Shown here: positions 6,840-15,073 of the stretch, piece by piece | How positions within the stretch are numbered: the first letter of the stretch is position 1 | Layout of the letters: the number at the start of each line of letters is the position of its first letter | From: Candidatus Latescibacterota bacterium | GTDB taxonomy: Bacteria > Latescibacterota > UBA2968 > UBA8231 | Direction of reading: 5' to 3' | Length of the DNA: 15,260 nt | Assembly (NCBI GenBank): GCA_965205655.1 | Contig: CBDBIJ010000136.1 | Location: forward strand, 1 to 15,260 | Notes under the pieces: model-generated | Seen by the model: only the letters and a program-made list of their open reading frames with translations | The model's database searches: none | What the model was told of the DNA's origin: nothing | Translations under genes and position numbers: made by a program

Positions 6840-7529
6840 CTAGCCGTCGCGACGTGGAAGGACCGTCCGCTTCCGGAAGTCCTTGACCATGCCCCAGGTT
6901 TCGGGTGTGATCACCGAATAACTACTGGGGTCCATACTCAGGCCGCGCGCATAGTAGTATGAAATCTGAACGACTATCCAGATCGTTTTGAGTTCGTCTT
7001 CGTCTCTGGGACCGTAAATCATGACGTAATCCGTGCTCGCTCCGGATATAGAGTCGGTTAATGGATGGATTATGCCCCAGCCTTTTCCCAAGGCGACTGC
7101 GGCGGGTTCCAACGGCAGCAACATGTGCATACTGCCGTCGGCAGGCACGTGCTGGTGTCCGAACTCGGGGCTTTCGAAGAGGAACGCGTCGTCCGGTCCC
7201 TGGGCGAAACTCTCGTCCAGCCTCCATCCTCGAGATCCAGAGAGAGAGAACGGCGTTGGTTCGACCCGCACGCCAGGCAAAACGGCGACTGACGCCAACA
7301 ATTCCTCCTGCAGGTCCAACCCAGCATTCTGATCGAACTGCTGGTGAGGGATCCCAGACGGCGTTGTCGGAGGTGGTCCCTCTCTGACTGGAGCATCGCT
7401 GAGGACATTGAGAATTTCACCAGCAGGGATTATCTCCAGGTGAGAGTCGGGAGCGGCTGTCTGAGCCCAGCCGTCCACAGATACACTCGCTATCAGAGCT
7501 GATGCGGCAAGAAGGATCCCGAAAGTCAT
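6840..7529 (-). CDS. Secreted DUF5519/luciferase-family-like protein with a C-terminal TWGxxK motif
   Basis: Signal-peptide-like N-terminus ending GWA-QT. Motifs REGPPP..PHQQ.DQ, EFGHQH..DGSMHM.LP, KGWG..HP and MIYGPRD..E. Tail VITPETWGMVK. Confidence 0.75.
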   Translation of the reverse strand: MTFGILLAASALIASVSVDGWAQTAAPDSHLEIIPAGEILNVLSDAPVREGPPPTTPSGIPHQQFDQNAGLDLQEELLASVAVLPGVRVEPTPFSLSGSRGWRLDESFAQGPDDAFLFESPEFGHQHVPADGSMHMLLPLEPAAVALGKGWGIIHPLTDSISGASTDYVMIYGPRDEDELKTIWIVVQISYYYARGLSMDPSSYSVITPETWGMVKDFRKRTVLPRRDG

Positions 7530-7673
7530 TGACCGTTTCCCGATTTCTGTTTGAGTTGCAAAAGCCGCGCTTCCGTGATATATAGTGAGCTTCTACGCAA
7601 TGTCGCGGATTTGCCTTGCCTCTCCATACGTTGTGGTAGCGTGCTCATCCGGCTCGAATCATGGGAAGTGAAA

Positions 7674-8567
7674 ATGGTCCCAACGATCAGTAGCATCTGC
7701 AAAGGATCCATCGGAATCTGTCATCTTCCCCGCACCTGGTGGAAGACGCTGACACGTGCCGTGAATCTGCTCGATCCGTCCTATCCTGATAACAGCGGCG
7801 GACTGGACGCATGGTGTCTTCGCGAGATTGGCCTGGACATCGACGAGACCTACGACTATCTGAGGTCCGAGCTCCCTGATTATGTGACGTTTGAACGCTG
7901 GATTCTGGACCGAAAAAACGGCCAACTACCGGACGCGCCGATCGAGAGGTTCAACGACTGTGTGCGCTACCGACGCCACATTCGCCCCGAAAAGATTTCC
8001 GAAACGTATGCGGATATCGGTTTTGACCCCGACGTACACACCTACACATCAGCTCTCCTGCTCAACACGCTGCAGGACTGGCATCTGTTCCATGCCAATG
8101 ACCATAACTCGGATCAGTGTGACATACCTGCTGAGATATCTCCACTCGTCAGCAGTGTCGACGTCGGCCCGCTCGATGTGATGCATTTGCCGCGCACGTG
8201 GTATAAGGTTCTCCTCGATGCGAAGGGACTGTTGAACAGCGACTATCCTGCCTGCGGGGGCGGGCTGGATCAAGGTGCGCTCGACGCGCTTGGTCTCGAT
8301 CGTGAAGGGACCCTTGCCCATATCCGCGACAATCGACCGACCTACATGGATTTCGAGGGTTGGGTGATCGCGCAGATCGGGGAGGTGGATCGCGACAGGG
8401 TCGATGCTTTTCAGACCTTCATGCTCAACCGGGAGCATGCCGAGCCCAAGCGAACGGGTATCCACGAGCTGACTGGTTGCGATCGATCGATTACGAATGG
8501 GGTGATTCTCAATCACCTCGAGGACTGGCGTTACGCCTACGACGTCTGCATTGTCCCGCACAAATAA
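7674..8567 (+). CDS. Protein with two tandem DUF5069-like domains, 297 aa
   Basis: Two internal repeats share P..SS...G.....HLPRTW.K......LL...YP...GGLD...L...GLD...T.........P.Y..FE.W and LN.L.DW. ATG 7674 lies at the start of repeat 1. Confidence 0.75.
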   Translation: MVPTISSICKGSIGICHLPRTWWKTLTRAVNLLDPSYPDNSGGLDAWCLREIGLDIDETYDYLRSELPDYVTFERWILDRKNGQLPDAPIERFNDCVRYRRHIRPEKISETYADIGFDPDVHTYTSALLLNTLQDWHLFHANDHNSDQCDIPAEISPLVSSVDVGPLDVMHLPRTWYKVLLDAKGLLNSDYPACGGGLDQGALDALGLDREGTLAHIRDNRPTYMDFEGWVIAQIGEVDRDRVDAFQTFMLNREHAEPKRTGIHELTGCDRSITNGVILNHLEDWRYAYDVCIVPHK

Positions 8568-8579
8568 GAGAGAAGCCGC

Positions 8580-9732
8580 CTACCCGAGCGTCCAGCGGAT
8601 GGACATGATGCCGCCGGCGTCTTCAGCGTGAGGCAGATAGACGAACTTGCCATTCCGCAGAGCATACTTCTTGTTGAGATAATAGGCGGTCACAAGCTCC
8701 CCGGGTGAAGGCTCGGCGGTGACGGGATAGCCGAAATCATGTTGCACCGGGAGCTCGTAGAGGGTGATGAAATTCTCGTAGTCCCACGTTTTGCCCTCGT
8801 CGTAGGAGAGCATCGCCCTGACGGACAGCGGATCTCTGCGATAGCCGTAGGAACAAAGCACGGCGCCCGAGTCTAAAACCAGCAGGTGCGGCGGCCCCCC
8901 CCCACACGGGTATCCTCTCCGGTTCCGTCCACGTACGCCCCGAATCGTAGGAATGCGATTGGTAGTGAAACATATCGTTCCACTCGCACGCTTCGCTACG
9001 AAACATGACGACCAAATGGCCTGGACTCGTCTCCACGAGATGGTTTTCGATGATGAGCATTTCACGAGGCATCTCATCGGAGCGCGGTATTTCGCTGATC
9101 TTCTCCCACGTGTCCCCCTTGTCCGCCGACTCCCACACTGAGACTTTCACGTCATACTTGGCCGCGGTCGTTGTGTCAGCCTCACGCATGGGACCCGTCC
9201 CCACATAGATCAGGCGCCCATCGTTCAGAATGCCCGGACCCGCATGCTGACCGGTAGGGGTATCCGCTGGCGGGCCCCAGACATGCCCGCCGTCTTCCGA
9301 GCGGATCAACCACCCGATCGAAGGGAGCTCTTCTGTCAGTCCCATCCGTTCGATGCGAGCCTGCCACTGATACTTCCACCGCTCGGGGATAGGGCAGTCT
9401 CCGGGATAAACCCCATTCATTATAATATAGGGCACCCAATCCGTAGAGCTGAACGACGTGAGAATTATGGTGCCGTCTGGATGGCTCCTGAGGCTGGCAT
9501 CACGATCATCGATCTCGCTGTTGAAAACCTCCTGCGGTAGGGACCAGGTTCGACCTCTATCGCTGGACCTCATCACGACGACCCGGCCCAGCGGTCCCAC
9601 GTGATGCATCCGCTCAGATGCCGAAACCACTATCACACCGTCTTTTGTGGTGCATATTCCCGGCCACCCATACATCTGGTCGGGACGCGAAGCCGCGACT
9701 CCGTGCTCGATATTTCCTGCGGTGAGCGCCAT
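8580..9732 (-). pseudogene. Sialidase-family (BNR/Asp-box beta-propeller) glycoside hydrolase, split by one frameshift in a G9 tract
   Basis: GGGGAG RBS. Five Asp boxes: SSDRGRTW, SEDGGHVW, SADKGDTW, SYDSGRTW and SYDEGKTW. Removing one base from C9 at 8895-8903 gives ...IPVWGGPPHLLVL...YGYR...DFGYP. Confidence 0.8.
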
Positions 9733-9815
9733 GTATACTTTCTCCCCGGTTGGATGGCAATAAGAACGCGCAAAACCGTGCCTACCGCATCAGCCAGAGA
9801 GTTGGACATAAGATC

Positions 9816-10854
9816 ATGGGATTGACGCATCACTGGGTGAAAGAGGCCGGCCCACGTCTGCAGGGCTCACGGCCCCTCGACGACGCCAAGGTCCAGGCGC
9901 CAGGCATCGTACGTTGCCCCGAAGGAGGCTTTCGGCTCTTCTACACGGCGGTAGGGACCGGCAAGCCGTTCGGCGCCTGCCAGGGCTACATCCTCAGCGC
10001 CGTGTCCGACGACGGCCTGCAGTTTCAGCCCGAGCTGGGAATCAGAGTTGGGCCCCGGCAGGACTTGCCCCATATGTCTCTACGTATCCTTGCTCCCTCC
10101 GTGGTCACCTGCCACGGCGGCTGGCGCATGTACTTCGAAGCGCGTGGCACCGCCGATCGACCGCTGTAGCGCCATCTCCGCTGACATGCTGGACTGGGAA
10201 CTCGAAGCCGGCATCCGCATGTCCGGACCGGGCAGCGTGGGCGCGCCCCGTTTTCAGTCGTTGCCGGACGGGGGTGGGCGGATGCACTGCTGTAGTAGTG
10301 AGTTCGGAGCAGAAGGGCCGGCCGGCGGCGAGGAGCTGTCTCAAGGTGTGATCAGCTCGCTGACTGCTGACGGTCTCCACTTCGAGCTGGAACCGGAGTA
10401 CCGGCTTCAGTCTGGGCAGAGCGACTACGATAGCAACGGTATCACCGCGGCCGAAGTCGTGGCCCCGGAGGAGCCCGGCGACCGGTGGACGATGCTGTTC
10501 TCCGCGTGGCAGGACGTGCCTCCCGGCACCGAGGTGCCGCTACACCCGAGTGCCGACGAAGATGCGGTTGAAAGCGGGCTCAGTGAAGATTTCGCGGCCG
10601 CCTCGATCGCCTCTGACCTGGCGGGGTACCGCTCGCGCATCTACGTGGCCTACTCCGACGACGGCATGGAGTGGGAACGCGGCGGGAGCGCCATCGAGGG
10701 AGCCGGCTACGACGGGGAGGGCCTGGATGCCGTCCACGCCGAAGACATGTCAGTCATCAAGCTCGGCACCGACCGGTACCGCATGTATTACGCCTGCTGC
10801 GATACCGACGGCAACTGGCGAATCGCCAGCGCCGTGTCGGCGACCGGGGAATAG
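9816..10854 (+). pseudogene. Five-bladed beta-propeller glycoside-hydrolase-like protein (GH32/43/68/130-like superfamily), frameshifted near 10165
   Basis: Repeated blade motifs AP.(I/V)V....G.(F/W)R(L/M)(F/Y)(Y/F)...SA.S.DG..F/W..E occur in both 9816-10169 and the 10048-10854 frame. The junction reads DRP / CSAISAD. Confidence 0.7.
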
Positions 10855-10899
10855 GGAGCCCGCCATTCACCTTGCTCCATGACAAGAAGCAAGACAGGA

Positions 10900-11298
10900 T
10901 CATTTCAGAAGTCGGAAAAAGGGGAGCTTTGCGGCTTTCTTGTCGAACGTGACGCCCCCTTCGCAACCGCTGGCCTGTGCTGAGTGCGCAATCAGCAGGT
11001 CTGACAGATCAGCTTTGCTGGTCTTGCCGTCCACCAGGACACGTTGAAGCACTCCATCCTTCTCGAATTCGAGAACCGGCATTCTTCTCATGTCCTCGAT
11101 CGCGTCCAGCATTTCAGCTCGAGATTTTTTGTAGGCACTTTCCAGGACCCAGACGGTCTCCACTACTACGACGAAGGGTACGAACAGGGTTTCGCCGTCA
11201 GACTCCGCCCGCCTGAGGCGCCTGTACACGGCTCGAGCCTGCCGTTCGTCGTCTCGCACGAGGAACCGCACAACGACGTTCGTGTCAAGGGCGATCAT
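10900..11298 (-). CDS. vapC: Type II TA toxin, VapC/PIN domain, 132 aa
   Basis: MIALDTNVVVRFL..DD, VETVWVL, DLSDLLI and TFDKK. The start overlaps the antitoxin stop (ATGA). Confidence 0.92.
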   Translation of the reverse strand: MIALDTNVVVRFLVRDDERQARAVYRRLRRAESDGETLFVPFVVVVETVWVLESAYKKSRAEMLDAIEDMRRMPVLEFEKDGVLQRVLVDGKTSKADLSDLLIAHSAQASGCEGGVTFDKKAAKLPFFRLLK

Positions 11299-11549
11299 CG
11301 GCTGCCACGGCGTACTCGCATCCTGGTCGAAACGGCATCTGCCATCTCATCCACGGTCTTTCGTGGCTGACCCTTCTTGTGAAGTATGCCGAAAACCTCA
11401 TCGACGGATTTCGTGACCGGCCTCAACACCGCTTCGGTCTGTCCGCGCACGACGAACTCGACACGGTCCCCCGTGTGGAGTTGAAGAGAGTCTCTGACCG
11501 CCTTCGGTATCGTGATCTGGCCCTTGCTCGTGACGGTGGCCGTAGCCAT
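11295..11549 (-). CDS. AbrB/MazE/SpoVT-family antitoxin (VapB-like), 84 aa
   Basis: ATVTSKGQITIPKAVRDSLQLHTGDRVEF is a swapped-hairpin motif. AAGGAG RBS. Confidence 0.92.
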   Translation of the reverse strand: MATATVTSKGQITIPKAVRDSLQLHTGDRVEFVVRGQTEAVLRPVTKSVDEVFGILHKKGQPRKTVDEMADAVSTRMRVRRGSR

Positions 11550-11557
11550 GAGTTTTC

Positions 11558-11614
11558 TCCTTACTAAATAGCATATTCCTTACCTAATGGTAAGGATATA
11601 TCGGAATCCGTCAA
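11558..11614 (-). promoter_or_regulatory. Promoter and palindromic operator of the AbrB-VapC module
   Basis: Minus-strand TTGACG (11609-11614), 16 nt, TACCAT (11587-11592). Palindrome TCCTTACC-taat-GGTAAGGA (11577-11596) overlaps the -10. A third half-site TCCTTAC at 11558-11564 overlaps the RBS. Confidence 0.75.
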
Positions 11615-11626
11615 GAGGCTGCCGGC

Positions 11627-12547
11627 TCAGGGCTCGCCCGCGCTGTCGATGCGTTCCCCGGCGTGCTTATAGGCCAGCTGTGCGGCGGTCCTGAACACCT
11701 CGGACCGGCCTCCGGACGGGGCGGACTTCAAAAGCTCGGCCGCAAGGCTGGCCATCGGCACCGGCAACCCGAGCTCGCCCGCAAGTCTGACTCCCCAGGT
11801 GAGCTGGTTACCCCCATCGACCGGTGCGGGCGGCGCGTCGACGAAACTCGGCTGGTAGCGGTCTTCCTCCTTCTCGTGAAAGAGCTCCCCGGCCTGAGAA
11901 AGGATCCAGCTCCGCGCAGCACCCCCGCCTACTACGTCCAGCAGTCTGGCGACGTCCAGGCCGGCCTTCGAGGCCAGCGTCAGCGATTCGGCGATGACGA
12001 AATCCGTCATCTTGGTGATCATGTTGTTGATGACCTTGGACAGGTGACCGTTGCCGCTGGGACCCAGGTAGGCGATCTGCTCCCCCACGGCCTCGAAGAC
12101 TGGTAGGCAGCGCTCATAGGCCTTTTCGTCTCCTCCGACCATGATCGCCAGTCGTCCTTCCTTCGCACCATGCGGCCCACCGCTGCACCCGGCGTCGAGG
12201 TACGAGACTCCGGCGTCGGCGGCTGCCGCAGCGTGGCGACGTGACACGACCGGATCACAATTGCCTCCGTCCACGACAACGGTCCCGGCAGAGGCTTCCT
12301 TCAACACGCCGTATTCGCCCAGCAGCACCTCCGCCACCTGCCCGGGATGGAGCATCATCCAGACCACCTCAGATTCGCGAGCGACTTCCGCGGGACAAGC
12401 GGCGGCGCCCGCACCTGCTTTGGCCAGCTCTGCGACCGGCGCCTGCGAGACGTCGTAGACGGCGACCGCGAATCTTTCTTTCAGGAGGTTCTGGGCCATG
12501 GGCTTGCCCATCTTGCCGAGGCCTATGAAGCCCAGTCTGCTCACCAC
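11627..12547 (-). CDS. NAD(P)-dependent beta-hydroxyacid dehydrogenase (HIBADH/GarR/6PGDH superfamily)
   Basis: GFIGLGKMG Rossmann motif, DAGCSGG, IMVGG and catalytic-Lys motif GNGHLSKVINN. GAGGAGG RBS. Confidence 0.9.
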   Translation of the reverse strand: MVSRLGFIGLGKMGKPMAQNLLKERFAVAVYDVSQAPVAELAKAGAGAAACPAEVARESEVVWMMLHPGQVAEVLLGEYGVLKEASAGTVVVDGGNCDPVVSRRHAAAAADAGVSYLDAGCSGGPHGAKEGRLAIMVGGDEKAYERCLPVFEAVGEQIAYLGPSGNGHLSKVINNMITKMTDFVIAESLTLASKAGLDVARLLDVVGGGAARSWILSQAGELFHEKEEDRYQPSFVDAPPAPVDGGNQLTWGVRLAGELGLPVPMASLAAELLKSAPSGGRSEVFRTAAQLAYKHAGERIDSAGEP

Positions 12548-12597
12548 AACGGTCCTCCTCTGCGTCGTCTCGGAGACGGTGGGTTTACGTATGAGTC

Positions 12598-13452
12598 CTA
12601 CTCTTCCGGTTCGAAAACGGTCTTCAGGAACCTCAAGCCCTCTACGGCCAGGTCGTCGGACGAAGAAGCTTCGGTATGCCAGAGCCTCAGGTGTTTCGCT
12701 GAGCGCTCTACGTGGTGGCCACCTGGTGCTATTACGACTGGCCCCGGATAGTTGATCTGTTGGAGCGCGTCCTTGAACCCGTGCCAGTCGAAGTGGCCCG
12801 TGCCCGGCACCCCTCGGTCGCTCTCTATTACCTGGAGATAGACGAGCCGCTCTCCCGCCGCTTCGACCGCCCGCGCGACGGACTTTTCTTCGATGCCGGC
12901 GTGAAAGGTGTCCAGCATCATGCGGAAGGCGGAGCTATCCACGGCGTCGACCAGCCGCACGGCCTCTTCAGCGCGGGTGCAGAAGCTGCTCTCGTAGCGA
13001 TTCAGCGGCTCGAACACGAATGTCACCCCGCGTTCCGCCGCATAGGGGACCACCTCCTTCAGCGCCGCGGCGCTGCGGTCGATGTCGGTCTGGAGCTCCG
13101 CAGGGGAGCGCAGCTTGAGGACGCCGGGACCTTCCACGACTTCTCCGGCGATCGTCTTAGCTCCTAGAGAAACTGCCACGTCGACGCAGTATCTGAGATG
13201 ATCTATCCCGGCGGCCCGAACCGAGGGGTCGGCGTCGGTCAGACTCGTCTCCGCGGCTACCTGCGTCAGCACTACCGGCTCCACGCCGTGACGCTCGAGC
13301 TCTGAGGCGATGGCCCGCACGTCGAAGGGGTCGCGCTCCCAGACGGTTATCTCCAGGATGTCGAACCCAAGAGACCGCACATGGCCGATCGTCCACGTGT
13401 CGTCATTTCGGAAGGGTGCCGTATAGTTCAGCGAACTGATGCCGTACTTCAT
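12598..13452 (-). CDS. Sugar isomerase/epimerase, D-psicose/D-tagatose 3-epimerase-like TIM barrel
   Basis: GFDILEI, EPLNRYE, LDTFHAGIEE and ESDRGVPGTGHFDW. Confidence 0.88.
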   Translation of the reverse strand: MKYGISSLNYTAPFRNDDTWTIGHVRSLGFDILEITVWERDPFDVRAIASELERHGVEPVVLTQVAAETSLTDADPSVRAAGIDHLRYCVDVAVSLGAKTIAGEVVEGPGVLKLRSPAELQTDIDRSAAALKEVVPYAAERGVTFVFEPLNRYESSFCTRAEEAVRLVDAVDSSAFRMMLDTFHAGIEEKSVARAVEAAGERLVYLQVIESDRGVPGTGHFDWHGFKDALQQINYPGPVVIAPGGHHVERSAKHLRLWHTEASSSDDLAVEGLRFLKTVFEPEE

Positions 13453-14210
13453 CTGGGCCTTTCGCTCTTATACAAGTTCCGCGGCAACGTCCAAGGATTT
13501 AGACCCATGGCGCATTGTCGTTAGTATCGGGCGAAGATCGGGCGCTGTCGAGAAGTGTTTCAAGGCGTGTTGGTGGTGGATGGCTGTGCTGGGAGGTGAC
13601 ATAGGTATGAGACCGCAGTTGTGTCGCTCTTAAGGCCACCTGCCAACCATCCGCTGGCAACGTACCCGGTACAACTGTTCAGCACATAGTGCCCTTGACA
13701 GCCGCGACCGAAGACTCTTTCTCTTCCTATCCTTATCATTCACACCCATAGAGGAAACCCGGTCGAGCGCTGTCGTGCGTGAAGTGATACGGCGATTTGC
13801 ACTGGCTTGCGCCGCAGTGGCGTTTACTGCAGGGCTCGGCGAGTTCGGCCTCTTAGCCTACGCGAAGCTGCAGGGCCCGGCGGCAAGGGGAGTGGCAACT
13901 GGTGCGACCTCGCAACCGCTGACTGATTTCGATGTGATGCCACCCGCCGACACAACCGCCGGCGACGGCATCATGCGAAGGATGCCGGTCCTGGGATGGC
14001 TTCCAAAGGAGGGGACGCAGAGGCGGCGCATCGACGCGCAGGGCCGAGAGTACACTTTTCGAATCAACTCCACGGGCCAGCGTGGGGGTGAGGTAGGGCC
14101 GCGCGCCCAGCCGGAACGGCGTATCCTGTTCCTCGGCGATTCCTTCACCATGGCCGCCAGTGTCCGGGAAGCCGACACTTTCGTCGAGCGAACCGGCCGG
14201 TTGATCGCCG

Positions 14211-14956
14211 ACGACGACGTACCCGTGCGGGTCGTAAACGGCGGAGTCGATGGTTACGGCACCTATCAGGAGCTGGCCTACTACCGCCACATAGGGCGTT
14301 TCCTCGAGCCCGACACCGTCGTCCTCTGCTTTTACACCGGCAACGATTTCCGCGACAGCATGGTAGCCACGCGGCAGGGCGACTTGGTGAGCCGGGCGCT
14401 TGTGGGAGGTTCTCACAGGTACGCTGGACGCCATGAGGATCCCTATCTGTACGACAGCTACGATGAGCTGTTGCCCGACCCGTTATCCGGCGACCCTGTC
14501 GTGCGGCCCGCGTCGGCGGGGTGAAGTCCCATTTTCAGTTGAAACGACGACGTACCCGTGCGGGTCGTAAACGGCGGAGTCGATGGTTACGGCACCTATC
14601 AGGAGCTGGCCTACTACCGCCACATAGGGCGTTTCCTCGAGCCCGACACCGTCGTCCTCTGCTTTTACACCGGCAACGATTTCGGCAGGTACGACACGAC
14701 GTTCTTGCGCTTGTGATACTGGCAGCGCGACAGCATGGTAGCCACGCGGCAGGGCGACTTGGTGAGCCGGGCGCTTGTGGGAGGTTCTCACAGGTACGCT
14801 GGACGCCACGAGGATCCCTATCTGTACGACAGCTACGATGAGCTGTTGCCCGACCCGTTAGGGCCTGGTAGGCGTCCAGCGCGACCTCCGTGTCGCTGTC
14901 GACGTTGCGTACCCGGGGCACCTCCGGCGACCCTGTCGTGCGGCCCGCGTCGGCGG
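14211..14956. repeat. Tandem duplication of a 309-bp segment (14211-14519; second copy 14544-14956, interrupted twice)
   Basis: The copies are identical except a synonymous CAT/CAC difference (14434 vs 14809) and insertions at 14684-14725 (42 nt) and 14861-14922 (62 nt). A 24-nt spacer lies at 14520-14543. Confidence 0.95.
14520..14922 (-). mobile_element. Three dispersed IS256-family-like fragments (14520-14543, 14684-14725, 14861-14922)
   Basis: Minus-strand translations give EVPRVRNVDSDTEVALDAYQAL and RCQYHKRKNVVSYLP, the latter carrying the CxxH motif of IS256/Mutator transposases. TTCAACTGAAAATGGGACTTCACC resembles an FN-stop plus terminal inverted repeat. Confidence 0.7.
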
Positions 14957-14988
14957 CGGCGGCGTGGGTAGCCCGCAATTCGATTCCT

Positions 14989-15073
14989 GCTGATGCGTCT
15001 GGTTAGCTGGCGCTCTCGGAAGCTCTGGGACCGGCTGACCGGCGGCATCGAAACGCTGATGCGTCTGGTTAGC
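14989..15073. repeat. 19-bp direct repeat GCTGATGCGTCTGGTTAGC (14989-15007 and 15055-15073)
   Basis: Exact match with 66-nt period; both copies encode LMRLVS in the same frame. Confidence 0.9.

Noticed and set aside
7551..7673. Longer start for the DUF5069-like gene
   Set aside because: The internal repeat alignment starts at Met 7674, and the upstream part is divergent intergenic sequence.
10855..10899. Intrinsic terminator between convergent genes
   Set aside because: Only weak 5-6 bp stems with long loops and no U tract.
6100..11620. Integron cassette array suggested by TA modules and unrelated genes
   Set aside because: Genes have mixed orientations, intergenic gaps show no attC-like repeated palindromes, and no integrase is present.
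13695..13730. TTGACA as a sigma70 promoter for the SGNH gene
   Set aside because: No credible -10 hexamer at 16-18 nt spacing.
13453..13774. ncRNA, riboswitch or small gene in the 322-bp divergent intergenic region
   Set aside because: No recognisable motif, strong hairpin or RBS-supported ORF was seen. An Rfam covariance search would be needed to exclude one.
14211..14956. Repeats with short foreign inserts as a CRISPR array or diversity-generating retroelement template/variable pair
   Set aside because: There is no short repeat with regular spacers, no cas or reverse transcriptase gene, and only one T/C difference rather than many adenine-specific changes.
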